A stretch of DNA of 64,000 nucleotides from Eledone cirrhosa (taxonomy: Eukaryota): contig OZ024740.1 in assembly GCA_964016885.1 (NCBI GenBank), positions 37,262,001 to 37,326,000 of the forward strand, written 5' to 3'. Made by a program: the position numbers and the translations under genes. Of this stretch, positions 13,678 through 28,065 are shown piece after piece. The notes under the pieces were generated by a model. It was not told the origin of the DNA, ran no database searches, and saw only the letters and a program-made list of their open reading frames with translations. Numbering within the stretch: the stretch's first letter is position 1; each line of letters opens with the position of its first letter.

Positions 13678-13742
13678 GTATATATATGTATGTATGTATA
13701 TATATATGTATGTATGTATATGTATGTATGTATATATATATG

Positions 13743-13774
<32 letters not shown>

Positions 13775-13890
13775 TATGTATGTATGTATGTATATGTATG
13801 TATATATGTATATGTATGTATATATATATATGTATGTATGTATGTATATGTATGTATGTATGTATATATATGTATGTATGTATAAATATG

Positions 13891-13936
<46 letters not shown>

Positions 13937-13962
13937 TATATGTATGTATATATATATGTATG

Positions 13963-13995
<33 letters not shown>

Positions 13996-14001
13996 GTATG
14001 T

Positions 14002-14035
<34 letters not shown>

Positions 14036-14119
14036 GTATATATATATATGTATGTATATATATATATATATGTATGTATATATATATATATGTATGTATA
14101 TATATATATATGTATGTAT

Positions 14120-14167
<48 letters not shown>

Positions 14168-14291
14168 GTATATGTATGTATGTATATATATATATGTATG
14201 TATATATATATGTATGTATATATATATGTATGTATATATATATGTATATATATATGTATATATATATGTATGTATATATATATATGTATGT

Positions 14292-14346
<55 letters not shown>

Positions 14347-14568
14347 TATGTATGTATGTATGTATATATATATATGTATGTATATATATATATGTATGTA
14401 TATATATATATGTATGTATGTATATATATATATGTATGTATGTATATATATATATATGTATGTATATATATATATATATATGTATGTATATATATATATA
14501 TATATGTATGTATATATATATATATGTATGTATGTATATATATATATGTATATATATATGTATGTATG

Positions 14569-14601
<33 letters not shown>

Positions 14602-14610
14602 GTATGTATG

Positions 14611-14641
<31 letters not shown>

Positions 14642-14650
14642 GTATGTATG

Positions 14651-14681
<31 letters not shown>

Positions 14682-14686
14682 GTATG

Positions 14687-14717
<31 letters not shown>

Positions 14718-14730
14718 ATATATATGTATG

Positions 14731-14770
<40 letters not shown>

Positions 14771-14790
14771 TATACATATATATATGTATG

Positions 14791-14830
<40 letters not shown>

Positions 14831-15604
14831 TACATATATATATGTATGTATATATATATGTATGTTTATATATATATGTATATATGTATGTATATATATA
14901 TGTATATGTATATATATATGTATGTTTATATATATATGTATATATGTATGTATATATATATGTATATATATATATATATGTATGTTTATATATATGTATA
15001 TATATATATATACATATGTATGTATATATATATATATACATATGTATGTATATATATATACATATGTATGTATATATATATACATATGTATGTGTATGTA
15101 TATATATATACATATGTATGTGTATATATACATATGTATGTATATATATATATATACATATGTATGTATATATATATATATATATACATATGTATGTATA
15201 TATATATATATATACATATGTATGTATATATATATATATATACATATGTATGTATATATATATATATATACATATGTATGTATATATATATATATATACA
15301 TATGTATGTATATATATATATATATACATATGTATGTATATATATATATATACATATGTATGTATATACATATATATATATATATATATATACATATGTA
15401 TGTATATATGTATGTATATACATATATATACATATGTATGTATGTATATATGTATGTATATACATATATATACATATGTATGTATGTATATATGTATGTA
15501 TATACATATATATACATATGTATGTATATATATATATATGTATATACATATATATACATATGTATGTATATATATATGTATGTATATACATATATATACA
15601 TATG

Positions 15605-15679
<75 letters not shown>

Positions 15680-15698
15680 ATATATATATATATATATG

Positions 15699-15766
<68 letters not shown>
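12677..15766. repeat. ~3.1-kb (TA)n/(TATG)n array; TACA variants appear after ~14770
   Basis: Direct inspection. Confidence 0.98.
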
Positions 15767-15769
<3 letters not shown>

Positions 15770-15770
15770 G

Positions 15771-15867
15771 AATTCCGTCGGAAAGGTCTAGGAAAAAAGA
15801 GTGCTCTATATTAAGCTCTGTAACCTACATAGAGCACTCTTTTTTCCTGGACCTTTCCGACGGAATT
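15771..15867. repeat. Near-perfect hairpin (~39-bp arms, 19-nt loop); probable non-autonomous element remnant
   Basis: aattccgtcggaaaggtc(t)aggaaaaaagagtgctctat at 15771-15809 is inverted at 15829-15867. Confidence 0.8.
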
Positions 15868-17994
15868 ACTTCATTTATACAGCTCCAACCGGGATTGATT
15901 GAAGCATATTCTATACTACATATATGATTGGCACTTTCCAGCCCGATTAGTTGAGTACGCTACAGTTTTCAGGAATTAACATAACTATAACTATATATAT
16001 ATATATATATAAGAGAGAGAGAAAGAATTATAGACAAATGGATAGGTACCGAGAAAAATGATGTCACGTTGTTTGTTGTGAAATGTAATTGTTTAATATT
16101 TCACTGTTTACATTTCACTAGGTTGCTATGATGTTAAATAGCAATCATGTCTTCTGTCTTTTTATTCTTGTCATCTTTCTCAATGTGTTTCGGCACTGTT
16201 CTATAATCAACAATGATATTCTTTCAGTAATAAATGTAAGTGTTATGAGAACACATTTACGTAATATATCAGCTCAGCTATCCTACCCAGCCTCCATATA
16301 GCCACCTCACCTGTTAGAACTAACACCAGCATCTCCCTCAAATCATATCGTATCATTTTAAAAAGGACACTAATATCATTTATTGGCTTCTATATTCCCG
16401 GGTATACTGAGCATAGGAACATAAATGTGATGGTCATAACTAGAATGCTATCGAATTGCTTAGGGTCTTATGGAGTCTAATTAGCAGCAACAACTGATCA
16501 GTATTTTAACGTAACTATTATATATTTAATTTTTTTATTTTTCTGTTGTTTGTGAGTATTATTTATTTATTTATTATCAATTAAAATAATTTGGTACATT
16601 ACTGTTTTCGGAAGGGTGGGGTAAGATCGATTTGATCAATCGCTGCTACATGAGTGGCATTTATAGTATCGAATCACATTTAGGAAAAGCAAAGAGGAAC
16701 CCGCCTAACTTACCATATAAGAGACACATCTAGATGTAAGGTGTTTAGATCGGCGCTAAACCATTCCACAAATCTTTCTTATGCAATTCTTAATAATAGC
16801 CAACATTTTACTGGATTCCTAAATTTCTTATACAATTATATTTCGCTGTTTTCATTCTAACTAAATGTAGTGCAGTTAGATTTTTATTGTTTCTTATATT
16901 TTCGTGTATAATTGTTCACCTTTTTATTTAGTTTTAAAATATTTAAAATGGTTTAATAATTCTTGAGTTACATCACTGGGATTATATCAATTTTGAATTA
17001 AATCCACATTATTTTTCAAAACAACAGTTATGACTATTTTTTACCATAAGGTATGTATATATCTTTACATTAAATACTAATTTAATAGGGGGAAATATGA
17101 AGAAAAACATGAAAAAATTGCATAAATTGTTGCAGGAGTTTTTCCTACTAATTCTACCACGTGTTTGTTCTGTATCTGTAAATAGCCGTGCACGTTGTAA
17201 TGTATTCTATTGCGCAACCCTGCTAAACTATTAAATGTTTAGGTAGAGATAGCCTTTTTTAAAGATACTTTGGGTCTATCTTATTAGCTATAATATATTT
17301 TTAACTGCTCTATATTTACTGTTGTTGTTATTTTGCTTAAAATCTATAATATATAATACTGCATATATAATAATTCCTTATATATTAATGTAAATGTGGA
17401 GATTTGGTGCGTAGTTTTAATATTTTCCCTTTTTTTCATTGACTAATTTCTCTAGATTTGTTTTTGTTTTGTTTTGTAAATCATATTCTTTATTTAAATT
17501 GTGTTTATGTATAAATAAAATCAAACGTAACTCTACATACAAACAAGTAGACTGCATACCAACACAGGAAATATCTAGATGTTCTGTAACTCTTAACTTA
17601 ATAATGATCTAACATTAATACGGAATGTAATATATATATATATATATAAGGTCTCTTCAATTTCTAAAACGAATAAGTTTTGTTTTGGGGTGTATTTTTA
17701 CCCCCACCCACCCCTTTTTAAAAATATATATATACAATATGTTTGTATCTAATGAGATTTTCATTCTTGTCAACAAAATATATTTAACGCTGCTTTATGT
17801 ATTTACAACAAATCATATTAAATTGAAAAAGTATTAGTATTTAGAGCAAAAACACTTGAAAATTGCTAATAATATCATTTTAAAAGCATGTGTATTGCGA
17901 AAAACAAAATTTACATTAGAAGTATTCACGCTAAAACTAAACGTATTTTTTTCGATAATTCATTATTATTATTTTGTTTTTTACACGATTTTAT

Positions 17995-18590
17995 ATACAC
18001 CTCCACTGTCCTCGTCTTTGTATTGTCCTTTATGCTCGACCCTTGTGGTCAATAATAAAGAAATTATTATTATTATTAATAAAGAGGGGAGACGTTACCT
18101 CGGAACGTCGGGTGGTTCAGGAGTGATGAGGTTCCTGTGTCGTCCCTAGGTGATTCTCCCACTTTTGGGGAATTTGTGTGGTTATAATTTTATCGTTTAT
18201 TGTTATTGTTTACAGTCTGAGTTCAAATCCCGCCGAGGTTAACTTTACCTTTCATCCTTAGGGGGTCGATAAAATATAGCACCAATAATGTACTGGGTCT
18301 ATTTAATCGACTTTCCCCTTCCCCCAATTACTGGCCTTGTGCCCATACTAGAAATTATTATTTGTTCTGAGTTCAAATCCTGGTGAGGTTAACTTTACCT
18401 TTCATTCTTAGGGGGTCGATAAAATAAAGCACCAGTAATGCACTGGGATAATTGCTGGCTTTGTGCCAAAAGTAGAAACAATTATTATTATTTACACATT
18501 ATGTATGTAAACCCCCACTGTCCCTGTCTATTGTATTGTCCCCTGTATGTGGGCCCTTGTGGCCAATAAAGAAATAATAATTATTATTAT
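17995..18590 (+). mobile_element. Cluster of SINE fragments: two 5'-truncated tRNA-SINE bodies (18217-18360, 18366-18490) between two copies of another short repeat tail (17995-18078, 18510-18590)
   Basis: tctgagttcaaatcc..gaggttaactttacctttcatccttagggggtcgataaaat matches the SINE at 30228; ccactgtcc..tgtattgtcc..cccttgtgg..aataaagaaat occurs twice. Confidence 0.75.
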
Positions 18591-21500
18591 TGCCATCATC
18601 ACATTCCGCATTATCGCTAGTTTCATTTTTAACTGCGCACCAAATCACCACATATAGCTGTTATATTAATAAAACAATATCTCCCAGACATGAAAAATAA
18701 ATATTAAAATAAACTGTATAATATAAGGAATTAAAGATATCATATCCTACGTAGATCTATTTAAATTCACAATTATTGATTGATCTGCAGGATTGTCTGT
18801 TGTTCTTTTTTTAATTCTGTTTCTAACCATCTTCTTTCGCTATTAATCACTTTTTATAATGATTGAATAGAAAGATAAGTGGTTTGGGAGAAAGAGTAGA
18901 GCAACACTCAGTACCTCTGTATACTGACTTTTAGACACCTTTGTATATGTTCATAGAATAATTCCCAGAATATATTAATTAGTTTTCAGTCAACTGCATT
19001 TTATCTCTACAAAGATTAGAAAATTAATCGATGAACTTGATAATTTTGCAATTTTCAAATCTATTTTTGCTCTAAATAAATATTTTTTTCAGTTTTTATT
19101 TTTAAATGATTTGCTCTAAATACAAATAGCTGTAGTTTACTGAGAGGACAAGGAGATAGATATATGACATGTTTACATTGAAATTTTTATTATATGTTAT
19201 AAGTAAATAGAAACAAGATGACAAAACTAGTTGAGGAAATAATATGTAGTTGTTTAAAATCTTCGCCCAGTTTACTCGCGTGTTTTTGATTACATTCTAA
19301 AATTGAAGTCGTGTAGACGAAGGTCCCTAAATCTTCCCCTGTTTCGGAATTAAATGGAATTGTTGTTTATTCCTTAAATAAAATCACATTCTAAAATTGA
19401 AGTTGTCTCCATAAATCCTCCCTCTATTTTCGAATTAAATGAAATTGTTGCTTAACCTTTAAATAAAATCTACGACCTGGTTTTAATTCCAAGTTGTAGA
19501 GCTATCAGTCAAACTAAAACTATATCTTTATTTGTTGACATGCGGAAGTCAGTTCCATGTTTATTCTCGCCAAATATTTACATACTAAACACTCTACATT
19601 GGAAGAACTGATGGATAAGCATAACTTTGAAACGATACAGGTGATTGTTGAAAATATTAGGTTGTTCTTAGAAGATAAGAGTTATGTAGAAACAATTCGT
19701 GACTGCTTTGAAATAATAGTTATTTATTTATTTTTATGTAACAGAGCACATGCCGGAACTTAATATTTATATATAGTGTAGTGCAATACTTGAAATAGTT
19801 TCAATTTTTACATATTGTTGTCTGAAGTAGATTTGTTCGTCTATCTCAAGGTTAGTATTTCCATATTAACTGTTTCCTTTAGTAGGAATTCAATCCTTCT
19901 CTTTAGTTATCTGTGGTTGCTATAGGAATATCGCCAAATATTTGCATCTATTTCGAGTAAAAAGAAATCTAATTTTTTTTTCTATTCTTATTTTGTCGAT
20001 GTATTGTTTTGGGGGAAACTGGAAGCTTCTAGTTTTTTTTGTTTGTTTGTTTTTGTACTTTTTTTTCAATTTAGTTACTAGGCGATTTGAATACTCTTTG
20101 TTTACGCAATAATTACATAATTAAAGTCTAAACTATTATCAAAATAACTATTTATGTACAAATATTCACATTTTCCGAAGCATCACTGTATATTTTGATA
20201 CATGTCAAATGGTTTCACTAGAATTAGTTATTATTCTATTAAGTCATTTTTTTAAATTTAATTTCTAGATGTTCTGTCATTGACATTATTTACTAACCAC
20301 TTGTTTTAACGACGACTCCCTAACCAGTTTTAGTTCGATTTTTTAAAGCTGATATTTAAGAATTACATTGTGTGTCCTGCCATTAACTTCTGCTTCAATT
20401 CTTTGAAGGATCACTTTATTGTTTTTCTTTCTTTTTTTTTTACATTATTTTGCCTTCTCTGAAAATATTTAACCACTTGATTTTGTCACATTTGATTGAA
20501 ATAGTTCTAGGTTCGATAAACTATCGGAAAATAGAAAACCTTTTGTTTTTGACATTTCTTTAGCCAAATCTATGGATATCATTCGCCACCACTGTTTATC
20601 AAATATAAAATCCTGGTGTAATCTGAAGCTCATCTATAGTATTATTTTGAAAAGACCAAGTATCTCCACGCCCTACTTTATTGTCTGAATGTGATTCATC
20701 TGTATAACTGACACTATTGTTAATACAGCTTTATTATGTTTTATTGTTATGGTATTTTTTGCTTCCTTTTTTTTTAGTTTTTAATTGTTATTTTGAACGA
20801 TTTTAATTGTTCTAAACATGGAGTAAGCCAAATATCATGTTTTCTTTTCCATTTAAAAGGAGCAGTTAGCAAAGTACGCTTCATGGATTCTTGTCAGCAA
20901 GTGAGTAAGGGTTAACCCTGCTTCACGAGACTACATCATAGATAACTCAATATAGTTTTCTCTATTTGAGTACGAAAATTTTCACTAGCTTGAAGATAGC
21001 TAATGCTTGTGTCCCCGCATACCCAGTTGCCATACACAAATTGAACATTGATGACTCATATAATTTTTAAAATTGGCAGCTTAAGGATGACAAAAAAAAT
21101 ATACAGCCCTCAACTAGTTTCTTCTATGAATCTTTTGTTGAAGGGATTTTATCCCGAAATATAAGGTCTTCTAAAGAGCTGTAAGGTAGCATACCAACAT
21201 CATTATCATCATATTTCTAATATTTACCATCCAATTCACGTTATCGTAGCCTTCAAACATAGCACAGCTATTGTCTATATCAAGTGTTTATCTGTTAGAC
21301 TGATATTCTTTGAAATAGCTTTGATTACATGCTGTATTGAGGTCCTGTTTTTTTTTTTTTTCAGTGAATATTTGAGATGAGTTTATTTCAAATCAGTTTG
21401 TTACCAAATACAGAAAAAAAACTTTATGTATTTTTGTGACATTAAAAGCTGTTCATTAAGTATATTTTATCAGATTTGATAATTCAAAAGTTCTGATTTG

Positions 21501-21599
21501 TCGAAGTGAAATAGTTGTGTTCTAGAGGAATAAAATTGTTGCCCATTTTCTTTCAGTTGATAGGGCTGTGCAGAATTTGATTTTGTTGTTGTTGATGAT

Positions 21600-21740
21600 G
21601 TTAGATGAAATATATATCTGTAAAATCTGATACTTCCAAAATTTCATTAGAGATGTAAACAAATCTGTTGCGTAAAATAGAAAGAGAATGGGTGAGATTG
21701 GAGAAACCTGTAGGAGATCCTGAAGAAGGTTTATAATTTG
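21600..21740 (-). pseudogene. Highly decayed LINE RT remnant
   Basis: Minus strand reads LLQVSPISPILFLFYATDLF, resembling the RT motif GxPQGSxxSPxLFxxY. Confidence 0.45.
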
Positions 21741-21792
21741 GCTTATGTCATTATCAAGAATCAGTAATGTACTACAATTGGTGAGAAAGCAT

Positions 21793-22750
21793 TTAACTCT
21801 TTAGCATTTACATTACTCTATATCACAGGTTCTCAACCCATTTAGGCCAAACGCCCCCTTTTGTCCCTCGAAATCACGAAACGCCCCCCCCCCCCCCCCC
21901 CCCCCCCCGGCGACTCTATTTTTCCAGTTTTCAATATACTACTGATTTTTATATCAGTAGATTACTAAAAAATTGATTAACAATATTCCAAAGATGTGTG
22001 TATTATCTGATTATGTGTTGTATGTGGTCCTAGATGTGTGTGCTGCTCGCTTCTGTTTTTTCTTTTCTTTTTTTTATTTATAATATTATTTATACAATAG
22101 GGAATAAAATAGATCTACATAGTGTTAACTCGTTACGGTTGAGTCAATAATTTCAGACATGAAATACATTGTTATCGGTGAAGGAAAGATAAGATTTTAA
22201 CTGGCTGCGCTCAAAGTGTCTTTGACCCAGTTGACTGTGGGTTTTTCCATTTTTAGGATCTCAATTACCGGTTAACGTGTCAATTACCGGACATACCTGC
22301 ACAGCTGCGGTCAGACTATAGTTATGCTGTCTGCAAGCTCATTCAAATGCATTCACACTGGCTGTCTCAAAGACATACAAATATGGCATATAAAACTTAC
22401 CAAAATAAAGAGCCTTCCAGCGCCCCCCATCCGCCCTCCCCCAGCTCCAAACGCCCCCCTAATGCGACCTTGCTCCCAAACGCCCCCCCGGGGGCGTTTC
22501 GGAACTCCCCCGGGGGTGCATATGCCCCCCGTTGAGAACCTTTGCTCTATATATACTATTATATTTTCATGGTAAAAGCTTTACCTCACATGATTATTTC
22601 ACATGATATCGAACTCATAAGATTTTGATATTATTTATTTTGAGAACAATACATTAACATCAGTATGAATGGACAGTTACAGCTGGTTTGAACAGAAAGA
22701 GGTGAGAGAATTCTGGCTGGATATGGCCAGTTTAAATGCTAAAGGGTTAA
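21793..22750. mobile_element. piggyBac-type MITE (TTAA-flanked), interrupted by a hAT MITE
   Basis: TTAA-ctctttagcattt ... aaatgctaaaggg-TTAA; an uninterrupted paralog lies at 25209-25414. Confidence 0.85.
21824..22544. mobile_element. Non-autonomous hAT (Charlie-like) DNA transposon with 8-bp TSD
   Basis: TIRs cacaggttctcaac / gttgagaacctttg; TSD ctctatat at 21816-21823 and 22545-22552; subterminal aacgccccc repeats. Confidence 0.9.
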
Positions 22751-23099
22751 CCCAGCTGCAAAGATTGTTGGGAATTTCATGATATATTATTTTTAATTAT
22801 ATGTGTGTGTAGGCAGTCAATTTGACAGTGCTGGATATTTGTTCCATGTCTCTGTGTTCTGAGTTCAGATCCCACCGAGTTTCACTTTGTCGTTCATCCC
22901 CTCTGAGTCGTCAGCTGTCATATCCTCGATGTTCTGCTAGATCTAAAGAGGTGGGTGTCAGGAAGGTGTCTGTATCTATAAACAAATACTTAGATGCTTA
23001 AAACCCTTAGCAAGAACATAGTGCATACTACAAAGTCACACTCAATTGCCAGCGATGGCAGTAGTTAGATATATAGGCATATGTATTTATCATCATCAT

Positions 23100-23600
23100 T
23101 ATGTAAATCTTGGGTAAATGAGGGGTAGTGGGATACTAACAGAAAAGGTAGACTTTGTATGTGGCAGATGTACCAAGATAGTGGTAGTAAAAACATCAGT
23201 GAAATAACCTTTTTCCAACCCCAAGAGGGATCCATAGAAGTGGTTGATAGATTCTACTACCTAGGTGATCTAATTAGCAGTGGAGAAGGTTGTACTAAGA
23301 GCATAATAGCTAGAATAAGGACAAGAAGGAAAAGGTTTAGGGAGCTACTGCTGCCCTTGACAACAAAAGGCTTCTCTCTACAAATGAAACACTGGCTGTA
23401 TGATACCTAGGCAGTGAATGCAGAGGATATGTAGTGGCTGTAGAAAAATTAAATGAGTATGCTCCTATAGATGTGCAATGTATAGGGGAAAGATGAAGCA
23501 TGGATGATCTGAGAAAAAAAGCTGGATATAAGAGGAATCAGATGAAGTGTGCAGCAGAGAAGACTGCACTGTTATATGCATATGAATAAAGATTGATGGA
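23100..23600 (+). mobile_element. Old diverged RTE (PHD-type family) 3' coding relic
   Basis: EGSIEVVDRFYYLGDLISSGEGC..IARIRT..RFRELL.PL..KGFSL is homologous to 2110-2290. Confidence 0.85.
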
Positions 23601-23666
23601 TGTATATGTGTGTATATATAAATATATATAAATGTGTATATATAAATATATGCATATGTGTGTGTG

Positions 23667-24260
23667 TGTATACATGAAAGTATGTATAGTATATTTGGCA
23701 ATATACCGTATGTTTAATTAAAAACATTTTAAAGACCATATGTTATCGGTTTTAAAGTAGTGACTATGTCACTTCTTTTCGGCAAAAGAAGGGAGAGAAG
23801 CTAACAATCTGTTTCACACAGTTGGCAATCATCAGAGCCACGCACTCCCTGCTTTCGCCGAAAATCATAGAAGCTGGGTTCTTATAGAATTCCAGTAATA
23901 ATCAGGAGCTGATTATACAGAGCGATTGCCGGTCCAGCAAAAATTAGGTATTAGGATTGGTGCTCTGAAATAGCGATGTATACATGAAAGTATGTATAGT
24001 ATATTTGGCAATATACCGTATGTTTAATTAAAAACATTTTGAAGACCATACATTATCGGTTTTAAAGTAGTGACTATGTCACTTACTTCTTTTATATATA
24101 CTATACATACTTTCATGTATACATCGCTATTTCAGAGCACCAATCCTAATACCTAATTTTTGCTGGACCGGCAATCGCTCTGTATAATCAGCTCCTGATT
24201 ATTACTGGAATTCTATAAGAACCCAGCTTCTATAATTTTCGGCAAAAGTAGGGAGTGCGT

Positions 24261-24265
<5 letters not shown>
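23667..24265. mobile_element. ORF-less tandem-plus-inverted module (Penelope terminal-repeat-like)
   Basis: 23667-23774 is repeated directly at 23977-24084; 23834-24004 is inverted at ~24095-24266. Confidence 0.7.
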
Positions 24266-24308
<43 letters not shown>

Positions 24309-24322
24309 CTCTATATATATAT

Positions 24323-24664
24323 GGAGGCACATGGCTTAGTGGTTAGAGCATTGGCCTTGCAATCGAAAGGTTGTGAGTTTAATTCTCAGACCGGGTGATG
24401 TGTTATTTCCTTGAGCAAGACACTTTATTTCACATTGCTCCAGTTTACTCAGCTGTAGAAATGGGATGATAGGGACTGGGGTCTATACCATTCCACTGCA
24501 AAGAGGTCGTGGAGGTGCCACGGCAAAAAAGCACCCAGCACTCACTGTAAATGAAGTTGGTGTTAGGAAGGGCATCCAGCTGTAGAAATCAAGCCAGAAT
24601 CAGTTCCCGTCCCACCCTTGCAAGCAGGGAAAAGCGGACATAAAATGATGATGATGATGATGAT
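24323..24664 (+). mobile_element. tRNA-derived CORE-type SINE with RTE-derived 3' tail
   Basis: A box tggcttagtgg; B-box-like gagtttaattctc; MIR-core-like ccttgagcaagacacttt..ccagtttactcagctgtagaaatgggatgata; 3' half matches the RTE subfamily B UTR; (GAT)n tail. Confidence 0.88.
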
Positions 24665-25200
24665 GTCTTAGTGCTTACAATCATTTGTCTATCTCATTTC
24701 CTGGTAAGAATAAAGTATATTTGGCTTGTGTAGCTACCTCTCTGGCTGTTTATTCTGAAGTTTCTGTTGCAAATGCTAAGATCTTATATGTATCACAAAA
24801 CTCCAGAAGATTTGATCCATGTTTATTTCCCATACCCACTGCCTCCATCACAGTGGTGAAATCCTCATGTTGTTGCCCAGTATATCCATTAAAATTGTCA
24901 GCCACAATAAAGAGGTCAAAGTTATCAAGATGACATCATGAAAGTGGTCGTTTTGTTAGTCTGCAAGCTCAGCTTGTGGTATGTAGATTATATCTGTTGT
25001 ATTGTTCAAGGCCTGTCTAAGCTCAGTTATCCTATTACACACTCTCAATACTTTATCCATCTGTTTCTATGACAACACCGCATACAAAAATAAAGCTTTA
25101 TATTCTTTGTTGTTTTTTTTTATTTATCGCCTAGTTAACAGACAGAACAGTTCCCATAACCATTATTAGGTCCTCCAAGACTGGTAGGTGAAAGGGAAGG
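24665..25200 (-). mobile_element. Decayed RTE APE-endonuclease relic
   Basis: Minus strand remnants (tttaatggatatactgggcaaca, ctggagttttgtgat, tattcttaccagga) are homologous to positions 85-345. Confidence 0.6.
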
Positions 25201-25208
25201 AGGTATAT

Positions 25209-25414
25209 TTAACCCTTTAGCATTTTCATTACTCTATATTTATTATTGTATTTTCATGATAAAGTCTTTACCTTATATAATATCAAATCTATGAGATTTT
25301 GATATTATTTATTTTGAGAACAATACCTTAACATCAGTATGAGCAGCCAGTTACAGCTGGTTTTAACAGAAAGAGGTGAGAGAATTCTGGCTGGTTTAAA
25401 TGCTGACGGGTTAA
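25209..25414. mobile_element. piggyBac-type MITE, intact copy
   Basis: TTAA-ccctttagcattt ... aaatgctgacggg-TTAA; contains a single ctctatat (empty hAT site). Confidence 0.85.
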
Positions 25415-27669
25415 ACCAGAGACTTCATTGCAACAGAGTAGATTCAGCTAAAGACACCTCCTCCCCAAAGATTGGGTTGTGTTAAGTATTAGCTCCAAAA
25501 ACTAACTTAACAAAGCACACTTCCTTTAAGAAAATAGTGCTGTAATAAAACCAATTTGCGACAAATCAAAATTGAAGACTACAGTTGACAATATTTGGAA
25601 CTTGTTAGGTGAAGTACTTATGTCAATCATTTAAAATTATTTAAGGGAATTTATTAATATAATTCCTTCCTTATAAATTGCTGCTGTTTTGAAACTGTGG
25701 AACAAAATACATGACACTTATTAAAATGTTTTATTTCACTTTCATTTCTAAAAGAACTAATTAAAAGCTTAAATAAAAAATAGTTGCCCTTGATTTCCAA
25801 AAAGTCAAAGTGATATTCCTTGTTAAAGCATCTTCGTGTGTGTGTATTAGATATTACAATGAACGACAAAATAAGACTATATCAGATTTTAAAGTTAATT
25901 TCAGTTGTGAATACTACTGCTGAAATATTGCATCAATTCCTAAAACAGTTCTTGAGTGATGTGGGAATTAATTAGGTTTATTCCAACAAACAGACCTTCA
26001 AGCGTTTTTTGCAATTCTCTGTACATAGTAATGAAATTTGATAATCCAAACCTGATCCTCATAAATTATATTTACCACTCTTTCCATTTAGCACGTTCCC
26101 ATGTTGAAGAATTTCCTTCTAACACCCACTATCTGTTGAGAGAAAATTACTACGGATTCCAACATAGTGCTGAAAAGAGACTCCTACATAGACAGATACA
26201 TAAAAAGGAATCAATGATAGTGAAGAGTCATGAGTGTTAGCATAAGTAGCTATATAAAAAGAATTCTTAGCCAGTGGAATACATTTTTTTTTTTAAGGAA
26301 TATTCTAGTCATGTTGACTATTGAGCAAATGAATTACATGCTATGTATGGTATGGAACCCCTGGTGGAGTTATAGGGGCACCATATTGACACACAGTGTT
26401 TCTTAGGGCAATTTTAAACCTGGCACATCCCATACCCTCTTCAGGCCTGAGTACAACAGATTTCTTCCAGCAAATGATAGAGAATAAGATAAGAGAAAGA
26501 CATACAGTACTGGATTTTAAATGGATAGGGAAAGTTGACCTTGGATGCTATGTACTCAGGTGTAACCAATGAACTCATCATTTATTAAACCTTTACTGAG
26601 TGAATTTTGAAAGGATTAATATGCTGTCCCAAAAAGATAATGTAGATCTCATTAGTATATTAGATGAATTATAAAGCCTCAATATGTGACTCTTGAAATA
26701 AATTTTAATATTGAATAACAGTACCCAAGAAGAAGAAGAATCTGAGTCTTCTTCATGTAAAAAAAGAAAATAATAATTTTGGATATGAGTTCTCAACTTT
26801 TTGACAAATTCCATGAAATCAAATTTCCCAAGAAGGAAATACCATATAAAAATGATATTGAAGCTTTTTGAAAGAGCCGAGCAAAGAACTCTTCAGTTGT
26901 AAATGTAGAAATGTTAAGATACACAGTTGAAAAGCTCTTTCCATGGTTATGTAGAAATGTTGAGATAACCGTGGAAAGAACTTTTTAATTGTGTATGTAG
27001 AAATGTTGATGCCCTTCAAAAGATTAACATTTTTTCCTCAGAAGTTTTAGTTATATTCATCCAGTTTTGCAGCTCTCCCTTTAGAGCTCATCTGTATCAT
27101 CTGAGCTTTGGTTCATCTGTATCAAATAGGAGAAATATTGAACTGATGCCCAAAACAGTTGACACTGAATTGAACAAGTATATTTTTTTAAGAAATTCCT
27201 ATTCAGACGTCAGAATTTGGGTGTAAAGCTGTAAAACTTAAAAATGCATCTGGTGAACCCAGAATAACAGATTTGTCAGTATATATATATTGGCTATTGA
27301 ACTAAGATATAGGATGATGTTGAATATAGTTCCATTAATTTTAATGCTAAAAATAAAACTTCAAGTTTAAACCCTTAGCGAAACCTTGCTAAAGAATAAC
27401 TCAAGCATTGACAAAAATGAGAAAGAAATTATTATTTTTTAAATATAAGAATTCTATAAAATTTAAAATAATTAAATTAGAAACAACCTATGGGCAATTT
27501 TTATAAATATAAGGGTTGAAAAAATGGAATTTGTGAAATTTTATTTATTTATTTTATTTGTGTGTGTATGCATCATGTAGAACTATCTTCTCGGGTATTT
27601 TTACCTCTACCATTTGTTGACATGTATAATCAACAACACACCATTCCTTCCCTGAATATATATATAGTT

Positions 27670-27975
27670 AATAGACTTGGACACGCAGAGATGGGAGGAG
27701 ATCGCTAATTATTGCCCATGATGGAAACGAGTACTGCGCGAGGGGAAGAGAAACTGAAATTTGCCTCTGAGGGAAAGCGTGCTCGAATAAAGTACAACAC
27801 AGTAGAACTGGAGGAGAGCATCTATAAATGCAATCACTGTATACAGGACTGTCACTCCTGTATGGGCCTGTACAGGCACAACAGACACTGCATTGCCATC
27901 AACAGCTGACACAAAATTCTTCAGGTGAAGATCTATTGTCTTTCAAGACTGACATGTAAATAATAACAATAATAA
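27670..27975 (+). mobile_element. RTE/BovB-type LINE 3' relic
   Basis: WEEIA..W..; YKCNHCIQDCHSCMGLYRHNRHC resembles the RTE terminal CxxCxRDCHSRIGLxSH finger. Confidence 0.7.
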
Positions 27976-28065
27976 TATATGTGTGTGAGTGTAGTAAAAA
28001 TATCCATGGGAGGGAAGATCGAAAAAAGCACTCTATCTAGTACAAGCAAGAGAGCTGATTTAGCA

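Noticed and set aside
19290-19470. Two imperfect ~90-bp direct repeats
   Set aside because: An ordinary local duplication with no further structure.
24323-24395. tRNA gene
   Set aside because: The tRNA-like head continues into a CORE domain and LINE tail, so it is a SINE; no intact cloverleaf is apparent.
25600-27300. Possible decayed coding sequence or host exons on the minus strand
   Set aside because: Frequent stops in all frames and no recognisable motif; a tBLASTx search would be needed.
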